From UHGV virus genome UHGV-0218015: 64,000 bases of DNA; one strand, written 5' to 3'. Below the pieces are notes generated by a model. That model did not search any database. It was not told the DNA's origin and was given only the letters and a program-made list of their open reading frames with translations. This DNA is from a virus. This document shows, piece by piece, positions 19,976 through 29,318 of this stretch; positions within the stretch are counted from its first letter, which is position 1, and every line of letters begins with the position of its first letter. The position numbers and the translations under genes were made by a program.

Positions 19976-20023
19976 ACAGCTTTAGCGTATTGTTTTGAGA
20001 CGACCTTTTAAGGAGTAATTAAC

Positions 20024-21022
20024 ATGGCTTTTAGGAAGACTATAGAACGTACCGCCACGGATTTAACAGTAGGTCGGTTAGCACGTAGAGATATTCGCAA
20101 CCCTCAACTTCAGGCTTGTTTATCTGGCCCTAACGGTGCGGTGATTCGTGAGGCGTTGTGCAATAGTGAACTGAATACGTTCTCTTTACAAAAAGGAAAA
20201 ACAATTCAAGGGTTTATCATCACAAAACACATTTACGGCGATCCAACGTTACACTGCTTGTATATGCATGAAATTGTACCAGGTTGTTTGAACAAACTGA
20301 ACCTACTACTGGTACTCGACTACACCGGTTTTACGTATCTTAATCGAATCGCCAGTGGTGTAGAAGAAATCTCTGAGCTTAATGACTTAGGATTTAGACA
20401 CACCCACACCACATACCGTTTAGGTACACGCTCGTTATTGGATATCGCTCTACCAACGAACGTGAAGAACATCTCTGGTGATTTTTATAAAGAGTTAACC
20501 GCTGCACAACGAGAACAGCTTATGTTGCTTTTAGGCGCGAGCGTAGTTGAAAACATCAACGCTGACCCTGTGGGCCGCTCACGACAAATCATGCCACAAG
20601 TCGAAACGTTGGTGGAGTTAGTACGTCACGTCAACCACCACACCTATGTTTGGATGGACGGCAACGATGTTGTGGGCGTGGTGCAAGTTAAATTGCGTAA
20701 TCTTAACGAGTGTGAATTAAAAGCCATTGCGGTAAGTGAAACACATCGGGGGCGTGGTATCGGACGGACTTTGTTATACCGTGCTCTGCAGATTGCATCG
20801 ACAACAGCGGCACCATTGGAGATAGGGTGTTTCAATAACAACCCTGCATTTAGACACCTGGTCGTCGAATTATTTAAATTTCGGTCCTACGAGTACGAAT
20901 TTGTTTTAGTGCGCGACGATGACGTCGTCAGTTGGGAGCGTCGGAAAAATCGTGTCGAGCTGGTGTTAGGCGACGAAGTATCATCGTTACAAGGCGGATA
21001 TAATGCGGAAACCAATTATTAA
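20024..21022 (+). CDS. protein with C-terminal GNAT acetyltransferase domain (332 aa)
   Basis: C-terminal IAVSETHRGRGIGRTLLYRAL (GNAT motif A); AAGGAGTAATTAAC-ATG RBS. Confidence 0.5.
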   Translation: MAFRKTIERTATDLTVGRLARRDIRNPQLQACLSGPNGAVIREALCNSELNTFSLQKGKTIQGFIITKHIYGDPTLHCLYMHEIVPGCLNKLNLLLVLDYTGFTYLNRIASGVEEISELNDLGFRHTHTTYRLGTRSLLDIALPTNVKNISGDFYKELTAAQREQLMLLLGASVVENINADPVGRSRQIMPQVETLVELVRHVNHHTYVWMDGNDVVGVVQVKLRNLNECELKAIAVSETHRGRGIGRTLLYRALQIASTTAAPLEIGCFNNNPAFRHLVVELFKFRSYEYEFVLVRDDDVVSWERRKNRVELVLGDEVSSLQGGYNAETNY

Positions 21023-21818
21023 GTGGATGGGTGGGAAAACACGTGTTTTAGGGGAATTACAAAAGGTCTTGCCTAAACGTACAACCTTTGTAGAACCGTT
21101 TGTGGGTGCAGGGTCTGTTTTCCTAAATACGAATTACAGCCGGTATATTTTATCGGATTCTAACCCTGATTTGATACGCTTACTTTGTGTTGCGCGTGAA
21201 CAGCCTGAAGAACTGATCGCTGCGTCGCAGCCGTTGTTCTTAGACGGTAATACTACTGTAAAGTATATGGAGCGTCGTGAGCTGTTTAATAGCGGTAAAT
21301 CGATGTCAGAAGTTGAGCGTGCTGCGATGTTTTTATACTTAATGCGTCACGGTTATAACGGTATGTGTCGCTATAACAGTAGCGGTGGGTTCAATGTTCC
21401 GTTTGGACGTTACCCGAATGGGGTTTATTATCCATTAGAAGAAATTCGTGACTGGGCTAAACGTTGTGCGGAAGTTGATTATCTGGAAATTGTTTGTGAG
21501 GACTTTCGTTCTGTATTAGCACGGACACCTGAGGATGCTGTGATTTATGCTGATCCTCCGTATATTCCGTTATCGGATACTGCGAAACATGCGCAATACC
21601 ACCGTAAAGAATTCTCACAAACGGATCATCGTGAATTGGCCAAGTTACTACAGCAGCAGGTGGAACGTGGCAACAGTGTCGTGTTGTCAAATGCAGACAC
21701 CCTACTCACCCGAGAAATTTATTACGGTTTTGAGTGGCGCAGTATTGAGGTTGGTCGCTATATGGGTGCGTCTGGCGCTACTCGGAAAACGGTGACTGAA
21801 TTACTGGGAGTGCTCTAA
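21003..21818 (+). CDS. dam: DNA adenine methyltransferase (Dam family, GATC N6-adenine MTase)
   Basis: KWMGGK, EPFVGAGSVFLNT (SAM-binding FxGxG), YNGMCRYN, NVPFGRY and DPPY catalytic motif, collinear with E. coli/T4 Dam. Confidence 0.9.
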   Translation: MRKPIIKWMGGKTRVLGELQKVLPKRTTFVEPFVGAGSVFLNTNYSRYILSDSNPDLIRLLCVAREQPEELIAASQPLFLDGNTTVKYMERRELFNSGKSMSEVERAAMFLYLMRHGYNGMCRYNSSGGFNVPFGRYPNGVYYPLEEIRDWAKRCAEVDYLEIVCEDFRSVLARTPEDAVIYADPPYIPLSDTAKHAQYHRKEFSQTDHRELAKLLQQQVERGNSVVLSNADTLLTREIYYGFEWRSIEVGRYMGASGATRKTVTELLGVL

Positions 21819-22591
21819 TGCGTATAGTGGATATTGACGATTATCGTAATGACCATTTAGCAATTGGTGTGGGTGGTAGAATAGTTTCGCTAACCCGTCT
21901 ACGAAAAGGGTTGATAGAAAAAGACATCATTCGCGAATCTGAAGATCCGACCTTTATCATTCTTTCGAACACGAATCAGCTGCAATGTGTCTTCTCCGGT
22001 CGCGCCGATGGTAAGATTTTCTACATGTCGGCAATCGTTGTGTTTGCGAAGAAGAAAATTAATTTCGCACAACTCAAACGTTTGTTAAATGTAGAGGTGT
22101 TTGATGTCACATACCCTGCCAATGACCTAAAACGTCGCGATCAGTTAATGGCGTTCTTGCGTATGCAGCCGTCGTTCATCGATTATGAGCTGACGTTTAC
22201 TGAAAAACCTGAAGTTCGCACCGATTTGCCTGATGTAGATGATATTGAATCTCTAACGTTAGAAGAAACGTTTACGATCACTAAGGTGGTTAATGTCAGC
22301 TTGGATACGCGCTGCCTGGAATTGTTAGCGATTGGTGCAGCAGAAGGTTTGTGCTGCCGTAAAGATGGTAAAGTTGAAGGTATCTTAGTCTATTCGAAAA
22401 TCAACGAAAAGACGTTTGCCACCGAAGGTTTCTTCTATAACGATTGTACTTACGGGAATGCGCTCTTGACCACGTACTACCGTATTGCGTATTTAAAGGG
22501 CGCAACCGTGCGTCTTACTTTTCCATATTCAGCACCTCCATCGATGCCTGGTGTTGAGGCAGAAGCATTAACTGGTCATTTTATCTTTTAA
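21818..22591 (+). CDS. hypothetical protein (257 aa)
   Basis: ATG overlaps dam stop (ATGA coupling). Confidence 0.5.
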   Translation: MRIVDIDDYRNDHLAIGVGGRIVSLTRLRKGLIEKDIIRESEDPTFIILSNTNQLQCVFSGRADGKIFYMSAIVVFAKKKINFAQLKRLLNVEVFDVTYPANDLKRRDQLMAFLRMQPSFIDYELTFTEKPEVRTDLPDVDDIESLTLEETFTITKVVNVSLDTRCLELLAIGAAEGLCCRKDGKVEGILVYSKINEKTFATEGFFYNDCTYGNALLTTYYRIAYLKGATVRLTFPYSAPPSMPGVEAEALTGHFIF

Positions 22592-22600
22592 GGACATTGA

Positions 22601-22828
22601 ATGGAAATCAAACGTATTGTAACCAAAGACAAAAAGATTGCTTATGTTGCAGGTGATAACGAGTTCTCGGCGGTTATTAATGCTGAGAACGTGCTGATTA
22701 TCGGTTATCCAGGTAAAGATATTACTCGCAGTCATCAACGTGTGATTGACAAACTTATCGCCAAAGCAAAAGCGCGTGATGGTGTTGGTTCAGCACAAAC
22801 CCATACCGGGTTAACGTTGGTACTCTAG
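22601..22828 (+). CDS. hypothetical protein (75 aa)
   Basis: Short ORF in array. Confidence 0.4.
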   Translation: MEIKRIVTKDKKIAYVAGDNEFSAVINAENVLIIGYPGKDITRSHQRVIDKLIAKAKARDGVGSAQTHTGLTLVL

Positions 22829-22866
22829 CCAGCAGGTAATATGACCTCTTAACTGGAGACTTAGAG

Positions 22867-23373
22867 ATGAAAGAGACTCTGGATTTTAATCAGCTGGAGC
22901 AGCACGATTTTGATCTCGGTGTTCGCGACTTAGAAGCTGACTACGAAACACGTTGTAAAGAATTCTTTAATCGCTACGGGCAATTGATTACCGGGGCATC
23001 TGAAGACACAGAATTCTCGTTAGACGATTTCGAAAAGATTCTGTCTTGCTTTATCACAGACAGCTTAGCGAAACAGGCATTGCTGGTAGAACAGAACCTG
23101 CAAATGGTGGAGCCTACAGATGCTCACGCTGTGCTAAAAGAATCCATTATTCCGAACGACGAAATTATGGATGCGGTAGCAGGTATTCGTGGTACGTTCG
23201 ACGCAGCCGTGGAAGACTATGCCGAACAGCTTCGTGAGTCTGGGCTAACGTTGTGTGCGCCTGCGGGCGAACAGTTACCTTCTGAAGAAGAAACGGAAGA
23301 AGCACGTAATCGCTTAGCGCGTTATGTGATTACTTCTGTGTTAGTAGACGATCGCGAAGAAAACGTACTGTAA
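22867..23373 (+). CDS. hypothetical acidic protein (168 aa)
   Basis: ORF followed by terminator 23379-23416. Confidence 0.5.
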   Translation: MKETLDFNQLEQHDFDLGVRDLEADYETRCKEFFNRYGQLITGASEDTEFSLDDFEKILSCFITDSLAKQALLVEQNLQMVEPTDAHAVLKESIIPNDEIMDAVAGIRGTFDAAVEDYAEQLRESGLTLCAPAGEQLPSEEETEEARNRLARYVITSVLVDDREENVL

Positions 23374-23378
23374 ACCTT

Positions 23379-23416
23379 CCCTCTCTCCGTTTGGAGAGAG
23401 GGAGTATTTATTTTTA
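23379..23416 (+). terminator. rho-independent terminator
   Basis: Stem CCCTCTCTCC / GTTT / GGAGAGAGGG followed by AGTATTTATTTTT. Confidence 0.8.
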
Positions 23417-23471
23417 CGCTTTCGTGTCTAATTATGCACACGTAAACAAAATTAATTGAGGAACAGCTTAA

Positions 23472-23789
23472 ATGTGGTTAAGTGCGATTCACCGTGATTT
23501 ACCAAAACAAGAAATGGTATTTACCGTTGGGGAACCAGCAACTGTAGTAGGTGTTGCTAAGTTCGAAAGGGTGGAAGAAGGTCAATTCGTCGTAGTAGAC
23601 GACAACGAGAACGAATTCATGTTGTTCCACCCTGAGGTCGATACCTCTGAAATCTGTGAGGGTTCTCTTTTGTTATCCTGGCAAATCCCTGAAACTAAAG
23701 AATGGAAATGGTGTGTTGCTAAACCGACAAATGAAGCCGGAACCGCATACGTGTTTGGGGAAATCTATGTCGAACCAAAACCACACTAA
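23472..23789 (+). CDS. hypothetical protein (105 aa)
   Basis: ORF with GAGGAACAGCTTAA-ATG context. Confidence 0.45.
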   Translation: MWLSAIHRDLPKQEMVFTVGEPATVVGVAKFERVEEGQFVVVDDNENEFMLFHPEVDTSEICEGSLLLSWQIPETKEWKWCVAKPTNEAGTAYVFGEIYVEPKPH

Positions 23790-24075
23790 TACCGACGAAA
23801 CGAATTTACAGCGCTTGCAACGGACACTAACTGCACCGCTAGGTGGTGAGGTTCACGAACGTTGGGTAATTGGGAGGGTGGTAGAAATTGACTATCCTCA
23901 GGATCAGTTACTGTTAAAAAACTGCTCAACGAACGTGCCTTTCACGTTACCGCGCACTGTGTTCCGCCTTACACCCAACGTTGATGAAATACTGACTATT
24001 GACAGGAAACTTCTATCGATAGAACTTCAGCATTTCCCGCTGCCTGGTAAGTCGGTTAATATTGCGCTATGTTAA
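23767..24075 (+). CDS. hypothetical protein (about 102 aa; ATG 23767 preferred over track start 23656)
   Basis: ATG at 23767 overlaps the end of the previous gene; the track ORF from 23656 lies inside the previous gene in another frame. Confidence 0.4.
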   Translation: MSNQNHTNTDETNLQRLQRTLTAPLGGEVHERWVIGRVVEIDYPQDQLLLKNCSTNVPFTLPRTVFRLTPNVDEILTIDRKLLSIELQHFPLPGKSVNIALC

Positions 24076-24089
24076 TGGCTGTCTAAAAA

Positions 24090-24130
24090 ATTTAAGATAT
24101 ATTTCATCTATGTGAGAATTCTCACTTAAC
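24090..24130 (+). promoter_or_regulatory. variant copy of the conserved promoter-like motif plus hairpin
   Basis: AAGATATATTTCATCTATGTGAGAATTCTCACTTAAC: perfect palindrome GTGAGAA/TTCTCAC, 20 nt upstream of gene 24149. Confidence 0.45.
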
Positions 24131-24148
24131 TAAATGGAGTAATCTAAA

Positions 24149-24418
24149 ATGGCTAAGATCTATATTGTTGAAAAACGTGCAGGTAATGTACTTTCTTATT
24201 ACGAAGAAGGTAAACCTGAGAAAATCAAAACACTCAAACTCGACGGTTTCAATGTGAAGAGTTTACGTAAGGGCGTGAAGATTACCTTTAAAGGTCTGGT
24301 TCGCGCAGGTAACTTACAGATTGTTAAGGACGATGGTACGATGGTTGCATTAGCACCTGTCAGTGCTGCGAAAACGACAGCAGGTCGTGGCTGCTACGGT
24401 AGCAGTCGTAAGATTTAA
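24149..24418 (+). CDS. hypothetical basic protein (89 aa)
   Basis: TAAATGGAGTAATCTAAA-ATG; ORF followed by terminator. Confidence 0.5.
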   Translation: MAKIYIVEKRAGNVLSYYEEGKPEKIKTLKLDGFNVKSLRKGVKITFKGLVRAGNLQIVKDDGTMVALAPVSAAKTTAGRGCYGSSRKI

Positions 24419-24426
24419 GCAGTGCC

Positions 24427-24466
24427 CCTCTCTCCTAACGGAGAGAGGGTACTTTTATTTTTCTTC
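24427..24466 (+). terminator. rho-independent terminator (same stem sequence as 23379)
   Basis: Stem CCCTCTCTCC / TAAC / GGAGAGAGGG followed by TACTTTTATTTTTCTT. Confidence 0.8.
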
Positions 24467-24475
24467 GAGGTGTAT

Positions 24476-24965
24476 GATGACAACAGTTTTAGTAACAAAC
24501 GATTACATTTTAGCTGACCGACTTGTGGATTATGGTGGCACGGTTAAAGAATTGCCCAAACTGCACAAACACAAAAACAAGTTTGTTTTCTACACGGGAG
24601 AACTTGTACTGGACACCGAATTTTGGAAAATATCGATTACCGCTGCTATAGAAGAATATTTAGACGAGGATAAACGTCAGAAAGTTGAGCCCTTGCTTGC
24701 AGATCTTTTCGAAAAAGAGCGAATATTCGATCAAATAGTCATTTTTACGGTTAGAGAAACACATTGGCTGACATTAGTGGCAGATAAGTTTAAAACGTTT
24801 GTGATAAATAAAAATGCGGTTTGGGCAACGGGTTCTGGTGGAGGATTTGCGCGGGCTGCTTGGGCAACTGGAATATCAGAAAAGAAAATTATGCCATTGG
24901 TAGGTTCTATTGATCCGTCTAGCTCGACCACTTACGACTTGTTTTACAGGAAGGGTTTACGATGA
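24476..24965 (+). CDS. hypothetical protein (about 163 aa; ATG 24476 preferred because the track ORF from 24363 spans the terminator)
   Basis: ATGATG at 24476 after CGAGGTGT; upstream part of the track ORF overlaps gene 24149..24418 and the terminator. Confidence 0.45.
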
Positions 24966-25483
24966 AGATAAATGCGGTTTTAATCGGCGATGAAATATTC
25001 GTGAATACAAAAACACAATATTTGTATTACGAAGGTATTACCGTAATAGACGATTATTACGGTAAGTACGGTTGGTGGATTCCGTCCCCTAACTCTTTAC
25101 GATTAGAAGATGCATTAACCGCCGAAAAGAACAAATTGGATACCGATTGGACTTATATCAGTTCCGTAATTGACGCCAGTGGCCGAATTAAAGATGTCTA
25201 CTGGACTAAGGAGTCAGGTTGGCGCGTTACGCTACATCATCCCGCACCGGTAAGACTGCTGTACGACCACTCGGACAGTTCTGAATTAGCGTTTACCATT
25301 GAGACGCTCTCGCTACGTAAAGATTTAGATAACGTGGGTAAAGGGAAGTGGTCGATTGAACGTGTAGAGGAAATTCTTAGTCACTTTAAAGCCAACAACA
25401 AATTTAAACGTTGGTGTACATTACCTGAGCTAGTAGAGGAGTTGAAAAAGCGGGACTGCAAGCCGTTACCTTTTAACCCGTAG
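24962..25483 (+). CDS. hypothetical protein (173 aa)
   Basis: ATGA start/stop overlap with upstream gene. Confidence 0.5.
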   Translation: MKINAVLIGDEIFVNTKTQYLYYEGITVIDDYYGKYGWWIPSPNSLRLEDALTAEKNKLDTDWTYISSVIDASGRIKDVYWTKESGWRVTLHHPAPVRLLYDHSDSSELAFTIETLSLRKDLDNVGKGKWSIERVEEILSHFKANNKFKRWCTLPELVEELKKRDCKPLPFNP

Positions 25484-25528
25484 TCTTTTTTACAACTGTG
25501 GCTATTTTAATGATTAGGAGAAAAGAAA

Positions 25529-25993
25529 ATGAAATGTTTTGAATCTAAAGAAATTGTTGAGTTGTTTAAGCAGCGTGAGAAAACCGCTTTCCGTGACCTG
25601 TACGATTCTGACTATCGTCCTCTGTTTGCGGTATTAATGCGACTGGATAAAGAACCCGAAGTCGCGTTAGCAGAAGTCCAACACCACCACGTCAGTTTCG
25701 TATTAACCGAAAACATGAGCCGGTGGGTAGATGCTATGCTGATCCGTATTGGGCTCTTGGAAACGCCACACCGTTGGGAAGTGGTTATTCAGAAATCATT
25801 ATTCCCACGGGAAGACATTTTCAACAAATATCGTCCGAAACAGTATTACAACCACGACGGGTCGCCGAAACGTGCTTTCCTGGCACCGCAACACTTCGTA
25901 ACCTATGTAACGTTGCGTTACAAAGACACCGTGGTGCCGTTTGACACCTACCTGGAGATGCGTGAGATAATTTTAGGGAAGAATCCGATATGA
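25529..25993 (+). CDS. hypothetical protein (154 aa)
   Basis: TAGGAGAAAAGAAA-ATG RBS. Confidence 0.5.
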   Translation: MKCFESKEIVELFKQREKTAFRDLYDSDYRPLFAVLMRLDKEPEVALAEVQHHHVSFVLTENMSRWVDAMLIRIGLLETPHRWEVVIQKSLFPREDIFNKYRPKQYYNHDGSPKRAFLAPQHFVTYVTLRYKDTVVPFDTYLEMREIILGKNPI

Positions 25994-26472
25994 TTCAATT
26001 TTCTGTTGACGCAGAAAGATTGGCGTCATTTAAAGACCGTGCTCAGTTTGCAGTTAAAAACGGCTATATTGAAAAAGGTGTTCGTGATACCTGTAAACTA
26101 ATCAACGACCATCCGCATCTGGCGACAATGTGGAGTTGTGAAGGCCACGGTATGTATTCTAAATCGCCAGGAAACTTGCATATTGTTTTTGCAACAGATG
26201 GTATCGGAAGCCAGCTTCCAATGCAGGTTATGTCCGAACTTGCAAAGTCGGATTTACCTAATTTTTGGAATCTTAGTTTGTGTCGTCTTTATATACCGGA
26301 CGCATACACGGATTTGGTATATCTTGAACCTGATTACGGGCTAAACACCGACGACACGTCTTACTGGTCTTGGAAAATCGGATACATGTGCTTGATTAAT
26401 CGTCCAGTATTAATTGAGGCACGACAGGCTCTTTATAAAGCATTTCACACAGTATTAGTTGAGAATAAATAA
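25990..26472 (+). CDS. hypothetical protein (160 aa)
   Basis: 4-nt start/stop overlap with upstream gene. Confidence 0.5.
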   Translation: MIQFSVDAERLASFKDRAQFAVKNGYIEKGVRDTCKLINDHPHLATMWSCEGHGMYSKSPGNLHIVFATDGIGSQLPMQVMSELAKSDLPNFWNLSLCRLYIPDAYTDLVYLEPDYGLNTDDTSYWSWKIGYMCLINRPVLIEARQALYKAFHTVLVENK

Positions 26473-27164
26473 TGGCTACCAAACAAAAGAAACCTCGTAA
26501 CAAAAAGTATAACCCGAAAGCGGCTGCTAACCGTACCGCGCACACCATTGCTGAAAATGCGTTAAACCGCATTACTTTCGTCGGTAGCTCTATTCGTCCT
26601 ATCGGCCCGTACGCGGGCCGTGGTTTCCAGTTTACAACGTCACCGCGTATGCGCATGGCAGCGACTGATATGTTAATCGGTGGTTTGTTTGACGAACCGC
26701 GTAACTGGAAACTTTGGGTTGCGCATCTGTACGAAACAGATAACGGTGTACAAGCAGAAACCATCGTTGCAACGCTTGACGACTACACGTTAAGTGATTT
26801 CTGCCAACATGGTGACAAAATCATTAAATCGCTACGTGAGACAGAAGAAAACTACTTCGGTTATGCTTTTGTTGCTGCACCTAACGAACGTTATGATTTC
26901 GACCAGGGAGAAGAACGCTTACTGGAAAACTTCATGCATTCTGGGCTGTTAGACAAATCCCTACACCTACCTGAAGAAGAACTGATGGTTACGCGTAAGG
27001 ATATGGTAACGTTGCTGTTAGCCGATCGTGGTCGTTTTGATGTTACCGAATCCCATGTACGTAAAGTGCAGAAACTTGTGGATAAGGTAGACGAAACTGA
27101 TCTGGACACTAACGAAGTCGCAACCCGTATTCAATCGGTGGTCAATCAGGAAGAGGATTACTAA
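26472..27164 (+). CDS. hypothetical protein (230 aa), basic N-terminus
   Basis: ORF coupled to upstream stop. Confidence 0.5.
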   Translation: MATKQKKPRNKKYNPKAAANRTAHTIAENALNRITFVGSSIRPIGPYAGRGFQFTTSPRMRMAATDMLIGGLFDEPRNWKLWVAHLYETDNGVQAETIVATLDDYTLSDFCQHGDKIIKSLRETEENYFGYAFVAAPNERYDFDQGEERLLENFMHSGLLDKSLHLPEEELMVTRKDMVTLLLADRGRFDVTESHVRKVQKLVDKVDETDLDTNEVATRIQSVVNQEEDY

Positions 27165-27166
27165 AC

Positions 27167-27697
27167 GTGATAGCGCGACTTGTGAGTTGGTTTAAGCAAC
27201 GTCGTGCAAAGGCGGTCGAATGGCCGCCTATTACGCATGACGAGAAAGTGGCTCTTTTTTTGGGATATAACAAAGACTTGGGGAGATTAGGCGAGTTAAT
27301 GCACTTAACGGAACGCCAGGTTTTTGCTAAGATTTCGAGCACCGAGTTGCGTAAAGAAGTAATTCCCCACCTATCCTTTTTAGGGCAGGTTTATGCAAAG
27401 ACGACAGAGGAATTTTTATCAACCCAAGGTAGCGAACGGCCACATATTCGGTTTTCCGTCGTAGGTGAACCTGATACGGTAGGTGAAATCGATTTTAAGA
27501 TGCTGTATCGCAGAATAAAAGATGATGGGTTTATACATGTTAAACGATTATCAAAAACTTCTGTGGTGATTTATCATCGCGCTGATCAGGATTTGTTAGG
27601 GTGTGTTATAAGGCTAACAAATTTACATAGTTTTTACGTTGACTTACTTACAGAGTTTTATCCAGAACCTTGGTGTTTTATAGATGAAAATAAATGA
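27167..27697 (+). CDS. hypothetical protein (176 aa), GTG start
   Basis: GTG 2 nt after previous stop. Confidence 0.45.
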   Translation: MIARLVSWFKQRRAKAVEWPPITHDEKVALFLGYNKDLGRLGELMHLTERQVFAKISSTELRKEVIPHLSFLGQVYAKTTEEFLSTQGSERPHIRFSVVGEPDTVGEIDFKMLYRRIKDDGFIHVKRLSKTSVVIYHRADQDLLGCVIRLTNLHSFYVDLLTEFYPEPWCFIDENK

Positions 27698-27896
27698 CGG
27701 ATATATCATATCAGCAATTGTTTCGACTACACTGATTGTAGCGATGTTGATGTTCTACGTTAAGACGTCTGACGAATCACGTAGAGACTCCCTTTATCGT
27801 GAATGTATGTCAGACACTACTGTAGATAATCCACGTTACGCTGAATTAGTAATGGCGTGTACGGAATACGCTAATCGAATGGGAGGAGGGAAATGA
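27684..27896 (+). CDS. small single-pass membrane protein (70 aa), paralog of next gene
   Basis: TM segment IISAIVSTTLIVAMLMFYV; shares Y-x-x-C...A-C pattern with 27893..28090. Confidence 0.45.
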   Translation: MKINDGYIISAIVSTTLIVAMLMFYVKTSDESRRDSLYRECMSDTTVDNPRYAELVMACTEYANRMGGGK

Positions 27897-28090
27897 AAAT
27901 TTGGTTACCGATTCTAGTATTTATCCTTATCGCAGGGGCACTCGCAAGTGCTGAGTTAGACAACCGTACTTTAGAAACGAAACGTGAGTTGTATCAGGAC
28001 TGTATAAAGGATTATACTCCAGGTACAGAGCTTCATGCACAGGCTGTAAGAAGCTGTGCGTTGATGGCTGAAACGCAGACTCGTTCCTAA
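27893..28090 (+). CDS. small single-pass membrane protein (65 aa), paralog of previous gene
   Basis: TM segment IWLPILVFILIAGALASA; YQDCIKD...SCALMAE parallels YRECMSD...ACTEYA. Confidence 0.45.
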   Translation: MKIWLPILVFILIAGALASAELDNRTLETKRELYQDCIKDYTPGTELHAQAVRSCALMAETQTRS

Positions 28091-28464
28091 TGCGTATCTG
28101 GACGCTACAACTCGCTAAGTGGCGGTTAGCTAAGCAGAAAGGATTTCACGCGGTGGATATCACCGTGAAGTCAGGGCGAAAGGAACTCGCCCCCGACTGG
28201 GATTTCCTAATGGCGTATAAAAATTCTGCCCAAGACGCTGCCGCTGAGCGTGAATACACGATAAAGTATTTGTACAAACTCGAACGACTGTTAGATGCCG
28301 ATGCCGAAGTTTTAGTGTCGTTACTCAGACACGAAGACCTGGTTTTGATGTGTTATTGTCCTGCAGGTAAGTTTTGTCATCGTCACCTACTGGCGAACAA
28401 ACTTCAAGAAGTGGGAATGACGTTCGGTATCGATGTTGAGTTATGTGGAGAACTAACGGTCTGA
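28090..28464 (+). CDS. hypothetical protein (124 aa) with C-Y-C...C-H-R motif
   Basis: ORF coupled to upstream stop; MCYCPAGKFCHRHLL Cys/His cluster. Confidence 0.45.
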   Translation: MRIWTLQLAKWRLAKQKGFHAVDITVKSGRKELAPDWDFLMAYKNSAQDAAAEREYTIKYLYKLERLLDADAEVLVSLLRHEDLVLMCYCPAGKFCHRHLLANKLQEVGMTFGIDVELCGELTV

Positions 28465-28490
28465 TTTGATATTTAGCTGTAAAATGACTG

Positions 28491-28538
28491 TCTACCGCCC
28501 GATTCTATGGGCGGTAGATGTTTTTTATTTTTTTTTGA
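28491..28538 (+). terminator. rho-independent terminator
   Basis: Stem TCTACCGCCC / GATTCTAT / GGGCGGTAGA followed by TGTTTTTTATTTTTTTTT. Confidence 0.8.
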
Positions 28539-28552
28539 TCTGGGAGGCTATA

Positions 28553-29113
28553 GTGGCCACATACGTACCTGATTTAAGTCTGTCCTCAGCCGAATTGGTG
28601 GTCGCTTTAATCAACCACGATAACGGTTCACGGTTGTCTCTAAGCGAAATTCGTATTAGCAACACTATGGCAAACCTGTCCCCGACTACGTCGCGTCGTA
28701 ACACACTGACAGAGATTACAAAAATCAGGAAACCTGATGGTGCTTCTGTAGTTGTTTATTACGACCGCTTGGATGCGGACAAAGTGTTAGCGTCCGAACC
28801 TATTTTGATTTCGTTAGATGGTACCGAAGACAACCTTCGTGACATTTTAGGTGTTGTAAATGAATTCTGCGGAACGAACTTACAACCCGAGGATTTACAT
28901 GCTTCAGATATCACTTTAGGTAACGATCCTATTGCTGTCAACGTTGCTGACGATTCTCCAGCGTGGGTGAATGCGTTTATGGTGACGTTATTTGATAAAA
29001 CTGAACGGGCATTAGCAAACGAAGAAGATGCAATCTTCTGTATTGGTGACGATGCTGTTCTTACATTTGAGGTTCCAGATGGAGACTCCGCTGAAGAAAA
29101 CCCGGCTACATGA
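28553..29113 (+). CDS. tail-fibre-associated accessory protein (about 186 aa; GTG start after GGGAGG), paralog of 35204..35716
   Basis: VATYVPDLSLSSAELVVALINHDNG...VVYYDRL parallels MEKFTPDLSLTSLNMVISLVNHD...QIYYNRL; sits directly upstream of the fibre gene. Confidence 0.5.
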   Translation: MATYVPDLSLSSAELVVALINHDNGSRLSLSEIRISNTMANLSPTTSRRNTLTEITKIRKPDGASVVVYYDRLDADKVLASEPILISLDGTEDNLRDILGVVNEFCGTNLQPEDLHASDITLGNDPIAVNVADDSPAWVNAFMVTLFDKTERALANEEDAIFCIGDDAVLTFEVPDGDSAEENPAT

Positions 29114-29318
29114 ACTTGACGGTTTTTCTGGTAATGGAGGCCAAAGCAAACGTTTATCAAGACTTAGTAAACCCAGATCATGAGAACGCGGAGTTGGGCA
29201 TCACTTTCACGTTAGAAGATGATGGATTAAAACCAGTATAATAATCCGCTTATAAAAATGTTGGGGGAGGTGTTTTACCTTCCCAGATCTTTTAGCTCCA
29301 GATAGAGAATTAAATATC

